Numbered from the stretch's first letter, positions 39,231-49,640 are shown. The stretch is 64,000 nt of DNA from Actinokineospora sp. (GCF_050699995.1 NZ_JBOHGC010000209.1:1597-65596); one strand, 5' to 3'. Notes: generated from the sequence alone by a model not told the origin. A program made the numbers and translations.

Positions 39231-39341
39231 TGGCCACCCTCGATCGATGTTCGGCTCGTGTAGTGCCTCACAAGCATTGCCCCTTCCGCCTAAATGATGC
39301 TAACTCCGAGCCTTCCGACGGTCTGGCACCGGGTCCGCGCT

Positions 39342-39860
39342 TCAGCTCTCCCGCGCGGTGGGATCGTCCCCCTCGGACAGCGCCCGCCAGAGATCCGGTT
39401 CGGAGGCGTTAGACTCGTTGGCCGCCTTCGGAGTCCGGTACTTGGAGCCGAGCCGGGGCATGCGGCGCCCGCGGACGACCAGGAGCAGTCCGGCGGCCAC
39501 CATGAGCGCCCCGCCGGTCACCGCGAGTGCGCGTCCCCAGAGCAGCGGATCGCCGCCCAGCGGCAGGATCAGCGGCACGAGCCCCAAGAGCGCCACCAGG
39601 CCGCCGACAGCCACCCGGGCCCAGCCGCCCAGCGCGATGGCCGCGGCGATGGCGGCGAGCGAGAACAGTGCCAGCGGCACCAGCGCGGGCAGCATGTCGG
39701 CGCCGACCACCGGGACCGTCTCATAGGCGTCGATGTCGAAGGCACGCCCTGGCGGCAGCCGGGAGTCCGTACCCCAGCCAAGCCGCGACGAGCCCCACAG
39801 CGACAGCGCCGCCAGCGCCAGCAGCAGGCAGACTGTCCATAATGGACGCTTAGCGTTCAT
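39342..39860 (-). CDS. Trp-operon-associated membrane protein (TIGR02234-like)
   Basis: Polytopic membrane protein in the conserved position between trpE and trpC, as in other actinomycetes. ATG 39860 is preferred over the TTG at 39872. Confidence 0.65.
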   Translation of the reverse strand: MNAKRPLWTVCLLLALAALSLWGSSRLGWGTDSRLPPGRAFDIDAYETVPVVGADMLPALVPLALFSLAAIAAAIALGGWARVAVGGLVALLGLVPLILPLGGDPLLWGRALAVTGGALMVAAGLLLVVRGRRMPRLGSKYRTPKAANESNASEPDLWRALSEGDDPTARES

Positions 39861-39880
39861 GGCCGCGCACAAGGGAAAAC

Positions 39881-41431
39881 TCAGCCACCGGTGGCCTCAC
39901 GCATGGTCTCCGCGGTGGCGATGGCGGCCAGGACCGCCCCCGCCTTGTTGACACACTCGGTGTCCTCGGCCGCGGGGTTCGAGTCGGCGACGATGCCCGC
40001 GCCCGCCTGCACGTACGCGACGCCGTCGCGGATGAGCGCGGTGCGGATGGCGATGGCGGTGTCGCCGTCGCCCGCGAAGTCGAGGTAGCCCACGACGCCG
40101 CCGTAGAGGCCGCGCCGAGTCGGCTCCAGTTCCTCGATCAGCTCCATCGCCCGCGGCTTGGGCGCGCCGGAGAGGGTGCCCGCCGGAAAGCAGGCCGCGA
40201 CCGCGTCGAACGCGGTCTTGCCCTCGGCCAGCTCGCCGGTGACCGTGGAGACGATGTGCATGACGTGGCTGTAGCGCTCGACCCGGAAGAAATCGACGAC
40301 GTGCACGGTGCCGGGCTTGCAGACCCGGCCCAGGTCGTTGCGGCCGAGGTCGACGAGCATGACGTGCTCGGCGCGCTCCTTCTCGTCGGCCAGCAGGTCC
40401 TTCTCCAGGATCTGGTCTTCCTCGGGGTCGGCCCCGCGCCAGCGGGTCCCCGCGATGGGGTGCGTGGTGGCGCGGCCGTCCCGGACGGTGACCAGGGCCT
40501 CGGGGCTGGAGCCGACGATGCTGAACCCGTCGAGCTTCAACAGGTACATGTACGGGCTCGGGTTGGTCGTGCGCAGCACCCGGTAGACGTCGAGCGGGTT
40601 GGCCTGGGTCCGCATCTCGAACCGCTGCGACACGACCACCTGGAACGCCTCACCGGCGCGGATCGCCTCCTTGGCGGTCTCGACGGCGGCCTGGTATTCG
40701 GCGGGTTCGCGCCTGCGCACGTAGTCCGGCTTGGGCCGGTCGAACACCGCGGCCGTGGGCGCGGCGGGCGTCTGCAGGTCGTGGGTCATCGCGTTGAGCC
40801 GGGCGACTGCGTCGTCGTAGGCCGCGTCGACCCGCTCGGGCGAGTTGTCCCAGTTCACGGCGTTGGCGATGAGGGTGATCGTGCCCTCGTGGTGGTCGAG
40901 CGCGGCCAGGTCGGTGGCCAGCAGCATGACCAGCTCGGGCAGCTTCAGGTCGTCCTCGGCGAGCTCGGGGAGCCGCTCCAGCCTGCGGACCGCGTCGTAG
41001 CCGACGTAGCCGACCATCCCGCCGGTCAGCGGCGGCAGCCCGGGCAGTGGGTCGGTGTGCAGCGCCTTGACCGTCTCGTTGAGCGCCTCGAGCGGGTCGC
41101 CGCCGGTCGGCAGGCCCACCGGCGGGGTGCCGACCCAGTGCGCCTCGCCGCCGGTGGCGGTGAGTGCGGCGGGGCTGTTCACGCCGACGAACGACCAGCG
41201 CGACCAGGAGCGCCCGTTCTCGGCGGACTCGAACAGGAAGGTGCCCGAGCGGTCGCCCGCGAGCTTGCGGTAGACCCCCACGGGTGTCTCAGCGTCGGCG
41301 AGGACCCGCCGCACGACCGGGATGACGCGTCGGTCGGCCGCGAGGGCGTGGAACTCCTCGCGGGTGGGGCTGATCTCACCCATCCCGGTGGTCGAGGGGA
41401 CCCGGGACGCGATGCCGATGGCGCTGACCAT
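39881..41431 (-). CDS. trpE: anthranilate synthase component I
   Basis: Chorismate-binding family motifs ([28 protein letters not shown]). Confidence 0.9.
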   Translation of the reverse strand: MVSAIGIASRVPSTTGMGEISPTREEFHALAADRRVIPVVRRVLADAETPVGVYRKLAGDRSGTFLFESAENGRSWSRWSFVGVNSPAALTATGGEAHWVGTPPVGLPTGGDPLEALNETVKALHTDPLPGLPPLTGGMVGYVGYDAVRRLERLPELAEDDLKLPELVMLLATDLAALDHHEGTITLIANAVNWDNSPERVDAAYDDAVARLNAMTHDLQTPAAPTAAVFDRPKPDYVRRREPAEYQAAVETAKEAIRAGEAFQVVVSQRFEMRTQANPLDVYRVLRTTNPSPYMYLLKLDGFSIVGSSPEALVTVRDGRATTHPIAGTRWRGADPEEDQILEKDLLADEKERAEHVMLVDLGRNDLGRVCKPGTVHVVDFFRVERYSHVMHIVSTVTGELAEGKTAFDAVAACFPAGTLSGAPKPRAMELIEELEPTRRGLYGGVVGYLDFAGDGDTAIAIRTALIRDGVAYVQAGAGIVADSNPAAEDTECVNKAGAVLAAIATAETMREATGG

Positions 41432-41478
41432 GGCGACATTCTGCCGGGTGGGGATCCGGCGCGTGGGGAGTGGGGTAA

Positions 41479-41494
41479 TTCAACATATGTTGAA
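41479..41494. promoter_or_regulatory. perfect 16-bp palindrome TTCAACATATGTTGAA (candidate TetR operator) in the trpE-tetR divergent region
   Basis: Read directly. It extends to 18 of 20 matches (AATTCAACATATGTTGAACT). It lies 30 nt upstream of tetR ATG 41525 and 47 nt from the trpE start codon. Confidence 0.45.
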
Positions 41495-41524
41495 CTATTC
41501 TCGCGACTGCCCCATCATCATGCT

Positions 41525-42133
41525 ATGGCGGACGAAGTTCAGCAGACCCCCAAGCGCGGGCGTCGACCCGGCGGCACCGACACGCGCGCCGCGCTGCTCG
41601 CCGCCGCCCGTGAGGTGTTCAGCGAACAGGGGTACGACGGGGCCACCGTCCGGGCGATCGCGGCGCGCGCCGGGGTGGACGCCGCGATGGTCAACCACTG
41701 GTTCGGCGGCAAGGAAGCGCTGTTCGGGGAGGCGGTGCTGCAGCTGCCGTTCAACCCGAAGGAGATCATCGCCCACCTGCTCGAAGGCGGGATCGACGAT
41801 CTGGGCACCCGGATCATCCGCGCGTTTCTCACCACCTGGGACGCCCAGGGGGGCGGGGTGTTCGCCGCGCTGATCCGCAGCGTCGCCGCGCACGAGCAGG
41901 TGGCCAACGTGCTGCGCGAGTTCTTCCTCAAGAACGTGTTCGCCCAGCTCGCGGGGAAGGTGGCCGACGACCGGACGGATCTGCGGGCCAACCTGGTGGC
42001 TTCGCAGATGATCGGCCTCGGCGTGGTCCGCTACGTCGCCAAGTTCGACCCGCTGGCGGACAGCGATGTGGAGACCTTGGTCCGGGCGATCGGCCCGAAC
42101 GTCCAGCGCTACCTCACCGGCTCGCTGGACTGA
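41525..42133 (+). CDS. TetR/AcrR family transcriptional regulator (paralog 1)
   Basis: N-terminal TetR HTH (TRAALLAAAREVFSEQGYDGATVRAIAARAGVDAAMVNHWFGGKEALF). Confidence 0.85.
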   Translation: MADEVQQTPKRGRRPGGTDTRAALLAAAREVFSEQGYDGATVRAIAARAGVDAAMVNHWFGGKEALFGEAVLQLPFNPKEIIAHLLEGGIDDLGTRIIRAFLTTWDAQGGGVFAALIRSVAAHEQVANVLREFFLKNVFAQLAGKVADDRTDLRANLVASQMIGLGVVRYVAKFDPLADSDVETLVRAIGPNVQRYLTGSLD

Positions 42134-42136
42134 CGC

Positions 42137-42481
42137 CTACGCCTCAAGAAGCCGCCGGGCGTCGAAACAGGTGCGGTCCCCGGTGTGGCAGGCCGCGCCT
42201 TCCTGGTCGACGGTGAGCAGAATCGTGTCGCCGTCGCAGTCCAGTCGGACGTCATGGACCTGCTGGGTGTGGCCGGACGTCTCGCCCTTGACCCACAGCT
42301 CGCCGCGGCTGCGGGAGAAGTACGTGGCCCTGCGCGTGGTCAGGGTGAGGTGCAGTGCCTCGTCGTTCATCCAGGCGACCATGAGGACCTCGCCGGTGCC
42401 GCGCTGCTGGGCGACGGCGCACACGAGGCCTTCGGCGTTGCGCTTGAGGAGGCCGGCGATCTCCGGGTCCAGCTCAGTCAT
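42137..42481 (-). CDS. hisI: phosphoribosyl-AMP cyclohydrolase
   Basis: GLVCAVAQQ...[10 protein letters not shown]...[18 protein letters not shown]...DCDGDT. Confidence 0.9.
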   Translation of the reverse strand: MTELDPEIAGLLKRNAEGLVCAVAQQRGTGEVLMVAWMNDEALHLTLTTRRATYFSRSRGELWVKGETSGHTQQVHDVRLDCDGDTILLTVDQEGAACHTGDRTCFDARRLLEA

Positions 42482-42818
42482 TCGGCACTCCAGTGAAGTG
42501 GGCCCGCGCGGGGCCGGTCAGCAACAAGATCACCACGTACATGTGTGCCGCGGCGAGGACGCCGGACGCCACTCGGACCCACCACGGCAAGGCACCCAGG
42601 GTGATCACGGTGTGCACCAAGGCGAGCAGCCCGACCGCCACGAGAGCGGCCACGCGGACCCGGGTCCACATCGCCGCGACGGCAATGGCCGCGATCACCG
42701 CCAGCACCACCGGAAACCGCACCACGCCCGGGTCGTCGCGGAGCGGCGCGAGCCCGAGGAAAACCACCGCCGCGGCGACGACGATCGCCGCCGACAGCCG
42801 GATTTCCAGCGGTCTCAC
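42474..42818 (-). CDS. small polytopic membrane protein between hisF and hisI
   Basis: GTGA overlap with the hisF stop and 8-nt overlap with the hisI start. 114 aa with three or four hydrophobic segments. Confidence 0.5.
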   Translation of the reverse strand: MRPLEIRLSAAIVVAAAVVFLGLAPLRDDPGVVRFPVVLAVIAAIAVAAMWTRVRVAALVAVGLLALVHTVITLGALPWWVRVASGVLAAAHMYVVILLLTGPARAHFTGVPND

Positions 42819-43588
42819 CGCACCTCGACCCCGGAGGCCCGAAGGGTGTCCTTGACCTCGCCGATGCGCAGCTGTCCGAAGTGGAACACGCTGGCGGCGA
42901 GGACCCCGTCGGCGCCATGGGCGACGGCGGGCGGGAAGTGCTCCAGCGCGCCCGCTCCCCCGCTGGCGATCAGGGGGACGTCCACGACGGCGCGGACCAG
43001 GTCGATCAGGTCGAGGTCGAAGCCCGCCTTGGTGCCGTCGGCGTCCATCGAGTTGAGCAGGATCTCGCCGACGCCGAGTTCCTGGCCGCGGGCGGCCCAC
43101 TCGACGGCGTCGATGCCGGTGCCGCGCCTGCCGCCGTGGGTGGTGACCTCGAAGCCGGACGGCGTCGGGGCGAACCCCTCGGGGACGCGGCGGGCGTCGA
43201 CCGACAGCACGATGCACTGGGCGCCGTAGCGGTGGGAGGCCTCGCGGAGGAACTCGGGGCGGGCGATCGCGGCGGTGTTGATGCTCACCTTGTCGGCGCC
43301 CGCACGGAGCAGTTTGTCGACGTCGCCGACCTCGCGGACGCCACCGCCGACCGTCAGCGGGATGAAGACCTGCTCGGCTGTGCGGCGGACCACGTCGAAG
43401 GTGGTCTCACGGTCCGAAGAGGACGCGGTGACGTCCAGGAAGGTCAGCTCGTCGGCGCCTTCGGCGTCGTAGGCGGCGGCCAGTGCCACCGGGTCGCCCG
43501 CGTCGACCAGGTCGGCGAAGTTGACACCCTTCACCACCCGGCCCGCGTCGACGTCGAGACAAGGGATCACGCGCACCGCTACAGACAT
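42815..43588 (-). CDS. hisF: imidazole glycerol phosphate synthase cyclase subunit
   Basis: ATG 43588 ([21 protein letters not shown]...). The long N-terminal extension in track ORF 42815-44197 is antisense to the TetR gene. Confidence 0.9.
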   Translation of the reverse strand: MSVAVRVIPCLDVDAGRVVKGVNFADLVDAGDPVALAAAYDAEGADELTFLDVTASSSDRETTFDVVRRTAEQVFIPLTVGGGVREVGDVDKLLRAGADKVSINTAAIARPEFLREASHRYGAQCIVLSVDARRVPEGFAPTPSGFEVTTHGGRRGTGIDAVEWAARGQELGVGEILLNSMDADGTKAGFDLDLIDLVRAVVDVPLIASGGAGALEHFPPAVAHGADGVLAASVFHFGQLRIGEVKDTLRASGVEVR

Positions 43589-43645
43589 GCCTTCGAGCCT
43601 ACGTGGCGGCGATACTGGGGTCCGAAGGACCACGAAGGGGAGGCG

Positions 43646-44287
43646 ATGGCAGGCCGCAGACCGGGACAGACCCAGACGCGCGAGCACATCCTGACCGCCG
43701 CGCGCAGCCAGTTCGGCGCGCTCGGGTACGGCGGCGCGACCATTCGCGGGATCGCGGCGGAGGCCTCGGTGAACCCGGCTCTCATCCACCACTTCTTCGG
43801 TACGAAGGAGCAGGTCTTCGTCGAGGCGCTGAGCCTGCCGGTCAACCCGACGGTCATGGCCGAGGTCGTGCTGAACGGCCCCCGGGACCACGCGGGCGAG
43901 CGACTGGTGCGGCTGATGCTCGGCCTGTGGTCGGCCCCGGAACCCAGCAAGTCCTTCCTGGCCCTGCTGCGCTCGGTGTCGACCAACGAACAGGCCGCCA
44001 AGATGCTCCGCGAATTCCTGGAGCGCGCGGTGCTGACGAAGGTCGCGGAGGCGCTGGGGGTCCCCCGGCTGCGGATGACGGCGATGGCCGCACAGCTGGT
44101 GGGCCTGGCGATGGTCCGGTACGTGGTGCGGGTGGAGCCGATGGCCTCGGCGTCGGATGACGAGGTCGTCGCCGTGGTCGCGCCGGTGATCCAGCACTAC
44201 CTGGACGGCGACGGGCCGGTCCAGGCAGGCGAAGTTCTTTCAAGCCCGAGCGACGATTCCGCGCGGGCGGCGCGGTCTCGCTGGTGA
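43646..44287 (+). CDS. TetR/AcrR family transcriptional regulator (paralog 2)
   Basis: GGGGAGG precedes ATG 43646. HTH is [48 protein letters not shown]. Colinear with paralog 1 along its whole length. Confidence 0.85.
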   Translation: MAGRRPGQTQTREHILTAARSQFGALGYGGATIRGIAAEASVNPALIHHFFGTKEQVFVEALSLPVNPTVMAEVVLNGPRDHAGERLVRLMLGLWSAPEPSKSFLALLRSVSTNEQAAKMLREFLERAVLTKVAEALGVPRLRMTAMAAQLVGLAMVRYVVRVEPMASASDDEVVAVVAPVIQHYLDGDGPVQAGEVLSSPSDDSARAARSRW

Positions 44288-44326
44288 ACGACCGCGAACG
44301 ATTCGTCCTGACCCAGGAGTTCCGCC

Positions 44327-44998
44327 ATGACCACACCAGAACGATCAACAGACCTCCGCCGCGCGACCGATATCTGGCCACTGGTGCACGCTGAGCGCGT
44401 GGCGTTGTCGGCGGACCTCGCCGACCTGACCGACCGCCAGTGGGCGACGCGGTCGTTGAGCGCCGATCTCACGGTGCGCGAGGTGCTCGCGCACCTCACC
44501 GCGGCGGCGAGCCTCACCCCAGTGCGATGGCTGGCGGGGGTGATCCGCTGCCGGTTCGACTTCGACAAGCAGGTCGCCATGCGGCTGGCCCAGCACCTGG
44601 GCGCGACGCCTGCCGATACGCTCGCGCGGTTCCGACAGGTGGTCATCAGCACCACCAAACCACCCCTTCCGGTCGTCGCGATGCTCGGCGAAGCGGTCGT
44701 GCACGGCGAGGACATCCGCAGGCCGCTGGGTGTCCGACGCGACTACCCGGTCGCCACGCTCACTCGGCTGGCCGATTACTACCAGGGTTCAGACCTCGTC
44801 GTCCTCGCCAAAGGCCGCATCGGCGGCCTCCGACTGGTCGCCGCCGACGGCCCGTTCGCCACCGGCTCCGGGCCGTTGGTGTCCGGCGCGACCCTGGCCC
44901 TGATCATGGCCATGACCGGCCGCACCCTCTACTGCGAGGAACTCGACGGCGACGGCGTCGCCGTTCTCCGCGAGCGTTGCGCGGCAGCGCGGCCGTGA
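44327..44998 (+). CDS. DinB-like / mycothiol-dependent maleylpyruvate isomerase N-terminal domain family protein (TIGR03083-like)
   Basis: ERVALSADLADLTDRQWATRSLSADLTVREVLAHL is the typical N-terminal helix/His pattern. The C-terminal domain is typical of this family. Confidence 0.7.
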   Translation: MTTPERSTDLRRATDIWPLVHAERVALSADLADLTDRQWATRSLSADLTVREVLAHLTAAASLTPVRWLAGVIRCRFDFDKQVAMRLAQHLGATPADTLARFRQVVISTTKPPLPVVAMLGEAVVHGEDIRRPLGVRRDYPVATLTRLADYYQGSDLVVLAKGRIGGLRLVAADGPFATGSGPLVSGATLALIMAMTGRTLYCEELDGDGVAVLRERCAAARP

Positions 44999-45035
44999 CC
45001 CAGCGACAGCTGTGGCGAAGAGGGTGAACGCGACC

Positions 45036-45875
45036 TCAACGGCTGCCCGCGACCGGTTTCGTGGCCAGGCGCACGAGTCGCATGGCGAGGCTGGGGCGGG
45101 CGACCCGCCACGCCGAGGGCTCCACCGGCGCTTGGCCGTAGGACGGGATGCCGTCGGTGATCAGCTCGGTGATTCTCGGCTCGTCCAGCGACTTCGCCGC
45201 GAAGTCGTAGAGCTGTCGCAGCCGCGGGATGATCACGCCGAAATCGAGCAGCCGGGGCAGGCGGCCTTCCTCTGCGATGAGCCGGGCCAGCGAGCCGCCC
45301 GCCACCGGGTAGTGCTGCGGGAACACCCGGCGCAGGCTGAGGAACAGGCCGACCGTCCCATAGCGAGGGTCGCCGAGATGTCTGGCCGCGCGGCCGAGTC
45401 TGCCCGCGGCCAGCCGGGGCTCGGCGACCAGCGCGTGCGCGTAGAGCGCGCGGACCAGCGTCACGTTGATCATGAAACGTTCGAGCGGGGTCTCGTCGTG
45501 GGCGAGTTCCTCGTGTTCGAGGTAGCCGGCGACGATGCTGGCGTTGTGCGCCCGGTACCAGGTGACCGGCGTGGGCGTGCGGACGAAGTCGGTCCAGAGT
45601 TCGACCGCGCGCGAGGACACGTGGCCACCGCGGGCCAGGTCGGCCTCGATCTTGTCGCGCAGCAGGCGCTCGTTGACCGCCCGCCACCACGGGCTCCCCC
45701 GCACCGGCGACAGCACGCCGCGCTCGAACTCCCAGCGCAGGAAGCTCAGCTCGCCCCGCGCGAAACCGCGCCGGGCGGGGGTCTCGTAGAACTCCCCAGC
45801 GAGCCGGAACCGGCCCGCGGCGTCGTCGCGGACCTGCTCGACCCGCTCTTCGGCGGCCTCGCGGTGTCGTGCCAT
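45036..45875 (-). CDS. conserved-looking hypothetical protein (279 aa)
   Basis: Clean high-GC3 ORF. No motif I recognise. Confidence 0.5.
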   Translation of the reverse strand: MARHREAAEERVEQVRDDAAGRFRLAGEFYETPARRGFARGELSFLRWEFERGVLSPVRGSPWWRAVNERLLRDKIEADLARGGHVSSRAVELWTDFVRTPTPVTWYRAHNASIVAGYLEHEELAHDETPLERFMINVTLVRALYAHALVAEPRLAAGRLGRAARHLGDPRYGTVGLFLSLRRVFPQHYPVAGGSLARLIAEEGRLPRLLDFGVIIPRLRQLYDFAAKSLDEPRITELITDGIPSYGQAPVEPSAWRVARPSLAMRLVRLATKPVAGSR

Positions 45876-45892
45876 CGAGACCAGGGTGTCAG

Positions 45893-46423
45893 CTAAGCCA
45901 CTGGTTGTGCGCGCCAGCGGTGCATGAGGTCGGCCACGGCTCGGGCGTCATCGAGCAGGACCCGGACTTCGACTCGGGCTTCCTCCAGTTGCAGATCGCG
46001 GTCGACCAGCAGGCCCTTGCGCCCCTCGGCGCCGCGCCAGCGGCTTGTCGCGCGGCGTTCCATGTGGGCGGCTTTGCGGATCATCGCGACTGGCCTGCGA
46101 TTCTCCTTCACGAGTTCGCGGTGGACCTTCACCAAGCCGACGACGAGTTGGTCGATCGGCTTGCCGACACCGAACCGCACGGAGTCCTCGGCGGCGGCCG
46201 CGGCCCGGGCGATGGCGGTGTCCGGTTCGAACAGCGCCTCGACGACCGGCAGCGCCGCCGTCGCCTCGCCCCCGGCGTCGAAGGACGCCACCGCCGCCTC
46301 CCACGTCCCGATCCCGCCGCGCACCGTGGAGAGGAACCGCTCGGGCATCTCGTCGACGCGCAACCTGGGACGGTCGGCGGACATGGCCAGCAACAGCGCG
46401 GACATGGCTTGGGCGGCGGGCAT
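45893..46423 (-). CDS. hypothetical protein (176 aa)
   Basis: GGAGG lies 5 nt before ATG 46423. The remainder of track ORF 45893-47215 is antisense to the ABC ATPase gene. No family recognised. Confidence 0.45.
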   Translation of the reverse strand: MPAAQAMSALLLAMSADRPRLRVDEMPERFLSTVRGGIGTWEAAVASFDAGGEATAALPVVEALFEPDTAIARAAAAAEDSVRFGVGKPIDQLVVGLVKVHRELVKENRRPVAMIRKAAHMERRATSRWRGAEGRKGLLVDRDLQLEEARVEVRVLLDDARAVADLMHRWRAQPVA

Positions 46424-46522
46424 CGGACCTCCGGGTAGTGCGTCGGCGTGATCACCGTACGACTCGAACGGTCCCGTGCGTACCTCTTGACGGGCGAACT
46501 CCACGGGCGCAGAATTAAACGC

Positions 46523-47242
46523 ATGACTAATTCTGCGGTGCTGGTACACGGCCTGCGGGTCCGCCGCGGCGGTCTCGAGGTGCTGCGCGACGTCGGGTTC
46601 GAGGTGCCACGCGGATCGGTCACCGGTCTGCTCGGGCCCAGCGGGTGCGGCAAGACGACGCTGATGCGCGCGATCGTCGGCGCACAGATCGTCGAGGGTG
46701 GCGAGGTGACGGTCCTCGGCCTGCCCGCGGGCGACCCGAAGCTGCGCGACCGGGTCGGGTACGCGACCCAGAACCCGGCCGTCTACGCCGACCTGACAGT
46801 GGCGGAGTGCTTGCGCTACTTCGCTTCCGTGCTCAAGGCGCCCGCGTCCGATGTGGACCGGGTGATCGCCGACGTCGACCTCGGCGGCCAGGCGAACCAG
46901 CTCGTCGGCAAGCTCTCCGGCGGCCAGCGCAGCCGGGCCAGCCTGGCGGTCGCGCTGCTCGGCGAGCCGGAGCTGCTGGTGCTCGACGAGCCCACGGTCG
47001 GCCTGGACCCAGTCCTGCGCGACGACCTCTGGGCGCTGTTCGGCAGGCTCGCCAAGGCGGGCACGACGCTGCTGGTGTCCAGTCACGTGATGGACGAGGC
47101 CGCCCGCTGCGAGCGGCTGCTGCTCATGCGCGAGGGCGCCATCCTCGCCGACGACACCCCGGAAGGCCTGCGCGTCGACACCGGCAAACACGACCTGGAA
47201 CAGGCGTTCCTGCACCTGGTGCGATCGAGGGAGGCGGCGTGA
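46523..47242 (+). CDS. ABC transporter ATP-binding protein (ABC-2/DrrA-like)
   Basis: Walker A GPSGCGKTT, signature LSGGQRSR, Walker B LLVLDEP. Confidence 0.85.
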   Translation: MTNSAVLVHGLRVRRGGLEVLRDVGFEVPRGSVTGLLGPSGCGKTTLMRAIVGAQIVEGGEVTVLGLPAGDPKLRDRVGYATQNPAVYADLTVAECLRYFASVLKAPASDVDRVIADVDLGGQANQLVGKLSGGQRSRASLAVALLGEPELLVLDEPTVGLDPVLRDDLWALFGRLAKAGTTLLVSSHVMDEAARCERLLLMREGAILADDTPEGLRVDTGKHDLEQAFLHLVRSREAA

Positions 47243-47973
47243 ACGCGACCATCACCCTGGCCACGGCCCGGCGGATCCTGACCCAGCTGCGGCACGACCC
47301 GCGCACCATCGCGATGCTGCTGCTGGTCCCCACCCTGCTGATGACGCTGCTCCGGTTCGTGTTCAACAACGAGCAGGTGTTCAGCCGGATCGCGCCCGCG
47401 CTGCTCGGCGTGTTCCCGTTCGTGATCATGTTCCTGATCGCCTCGGTCACGACCCTGCGCGAGCGCACGACGGCCACGCTCGAACGGCTGATGACCATGC
47501 CCCTGGCCAAGCTCGACCTGATCCTGGGCTACGCCATTGCCTTCGGCGGGATCGCGGTGTTCCAAGTGGGCATCGCGACCGGCGTCTCGGTGCTGTGGCT
47601 GGGACTCGACGTCGCCGGTTCGGTGTGGACGCTGCTGCTGATCGCGGTGCTCGACGCCCTGCTGGGCATGGCACTCGGGCTGCTGGTCAGCGCGTTCGCG
47701 ACCAGCGAGTTCCAGGCGATCCAGTTCATGCCGCTGTTCGTCCTGCCGCAGTTCCTGCTGTGCGGGCTGCTGCAGCCGCGCGACAGCATGGGCTGGGTGC
47801 TCAACGCGCTGTCCGACGTGATGCCGCTGTCCTACGCCGTCGACGCCCTCACCCAGGTCACCCGCTCCGCCGAGGTCGACCTGACGCTGCTGCGCAACCT
47901 GGTGGTCGTCGGGGCCTGCGTCGTGCTCGCCGTGGTCCTGGGTGCGGCGACCCTGCGCCGCCGCACCCCCTGA
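47239..47973 (+). CDS. ABC-2 type transporter permease
   Basis: GTGA overlap with the ATPase gene. Six hydrophobic segments and the ABC-2 pattern (TLRERTTATLERLMTMP). Confidence 0.8.
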   Translation: MNATITLATARRILTQLRHDPRTIAMLLLVPTLLMTLLRFVFNNEQVFSRIAPALLGVFPFVIMFLIASVTTLRERTTATLERLMTMPLAKLDLILGYAIAFGGIAVFQVGIATGVSVLWLGLDVAGSVWTLLLIAVLDALLGMALGLLVSAFATSEFQAIQFMPLFVLPQFLLCGLLQPRDSMGWVLNALSDVMPLSYAVDALTQVTRSAEVDLTLLRNLVVVGACVVLAVVLGAATLRRRTP

Positions 47974-48002
47974 CTCGCCCGTCTTTCTGGAAATCCGGCC
48001 TC

Positions 48003-49640
48003 CTAGGCGACCGGCGAACCGGCGGGCCTGACCTTCTGCGTGCCGACCGGCGTGGCCAGCGACTTCGCGTGCCGCGCGCCGGAGGTCGGGCTGAGCCGGT
48101 CGCCGATGTAGTACCAGTCCATCTGGACGCGCCGCGGGTTCACGTCGACCACCGAGTAGCCGTGCGAGTCCAGCTCGATGTACTTGAGGTGCCAGTTCCC
48201 CGCGTACAGCGCGGTTTCCGCGACCACGGACCCGGTCCGCGCCGGGATCTTGAGGATGTCGTCGATGTTGTCGCTGGTCACCGAGGTCGTGACGAACTCG
48301 GTGGCCACACTGTTGCCGTTCCACCAGTAGCTGGAGCGGTCGATCGGCACGTCCGCGCCCCACGACGAGTGGATGTCGCCGGTCAGGAACACGGTGTTCT
48401 TGACCCGGTTGTCCTTGAGGTGCCCCAACAGTTCCTGCCGGTCGGCGGTGTAGCCGTCCCAGGCGTCGGAGTTGGCCGCGACGCCGCCGAGCGGCAGCCC
48501 GAGCAGGCTGCCGAGCGCTTCGAGGAACCGCGCCTCGACGTTGCCCACCGAGATCGGCGTGATCATCACCGAGTTGCCGACGAGCTTCCAGGTGGCGTCC
48601 GTGCCGGACAGACCGGACTTGAGCCACGCCATCTGCGGGTCGCCGGTGATCGTGCGGGCCGGGTCGTTCGGGTCGCCGGAGGACGGGGTGGTCTGCAGCG
48701 AGCGGTAGCTGCGCAGGTCGAGCAGGGACAGTTCGGCGAGCCGTCCCCAGCGGAACCGCCGGTAGATCTGGCCGTCGGGTCCCTGGCGCACCGGCATCCA
48801 CTCGAAGTACGCCTGTCGCGCCGCGGCCTTGCGCGCGTTCCAGTCGCCTTCGTTCGGCTGGTGGTTCTGGGCGCCGCCGGACCAGGTGTCGTTGGCGTAC
48901 TCGTGGTCGTCCCAGGTGATGAACCACGGCTGGGCGGCGTGCAGCGCCTGGAGATCCGGGTCGGTCTTGTACTGGGCGTGGCGGCGGCGGTAGTCGGCGA
49001 GGGAGAGCATCTCGTGGGCGGGCTCGTGCGGGCGGACGGTCACGCCACCGGCACCGAAGCCGCCCACCTGGTACTCGTAGAGGTAGTCGCCGACATGCAG
49101 GACACCGTCGAGATCGGCGCGCGCCGCGAGGTGGCGGTAGGCGGAGAAGTAGCCTGCCTGCCAGTTCGAGCAGGACACCTGGCCGAGGCGCAGCTTACTC
49201 ACGGCCGCGTCCACAGCCGGGGCGGTCCGGGTGCGCCCGGTCGCCGAGGCGATGCCGTCGAGCGTGAACCGGTAGTAGTAGACGGTCGCCGAAGCCAGTC
49301 CCCCGGCCTCGACCTTGACGGTGTGGTCGCGCGCGGGGCCGGTCGTGGCGGCGCCCGACTGGACGATGTTGGCGAACGCCGAGTCGGTCGCCATGTCCCA
49401 GTGGACCTCGACCTCCGGGCCCGCACCGGAGCCTGGAGTTGCCTCGGGAGTGGGCGTGACACGGGTCCACAGTAGGACGCCGTCGGGTAAGGGGTCACCT
49501 GAGGCGACACCGTGCGCGAACTGCGGCACGGCCGCCGCACTGGCCGGGGAAGCCAGCGCGGCCGGGATGAGCAGGGCGCCACCGGCCACCGCTGAGGTGC
49601 GGAGGAAGGCGCGGCGATCGAACGATGTGGTGGGAGTCAC
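48003..49640 (-). CDS. phoD: PhoD-family alkaline phosphatase, Tat-exported
   Basis: Twin-arginine signal (DRRAFLRTSAVAGGALL) after GTG 49640. PhoD metallophosphatase motifs follow (GDYLYEY, WDDHE, TGDIHSSW). Confidence 0.85.
   Translation of the reverse strand: MTPTTSFDRRAFLRTSAVAGGALLIPAALASPASAAAVPQFAHGVASGDPLPDGVLLWTRVTPTPEATPGSGAGPEVEVHWDMATDSAFANIVQSGAATTGPARDHTVKVEAGGLASATVYYYRFTLDGIASATGRTRTAPAVDAAVSKLRLGQVSCSNWQAGYFSAYRHLAARADLDGVLHVGDYLYEYQVGGFGAGGVTVRPHEPAHEMLSLADYRRRHAQYKTDPDLQALHAAQPWFITWDDHEYANDTWSGGAQNHQPNEGDWNARKAAARQAYFEWMPVRQGPDGQIYRRFRWGRLAELSLLDLRSYRSLQTTPSSGDPNDPARTITGDPQMAWLKSGLSGTDATWKLVGNSVMITPISVGNVEARFLEALGSLLGLPLGGVAANSDAWDGYTADRQELLGHLKDNRVKNTVFLTGDIHSSWGADVPIDRSSYWWNGNSVATEFVTTSVTSDNIDDILKIPARTGSVVAETALYAGNWHLKYIELDSHGYSVVDVNPRRVQMDWYYIGDRLSPTSGARHAKSLATPVGTQKVRPAGSPVA

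Noticed and set aside
39231-39341. Lower-GC gap between the Trp-associated membrane gene and trpC, considered for a trp leader peptide or attenuator.
   Set aside because: No short ORF with tandem Trp codons and no alternative hairpin set could be found by eye.
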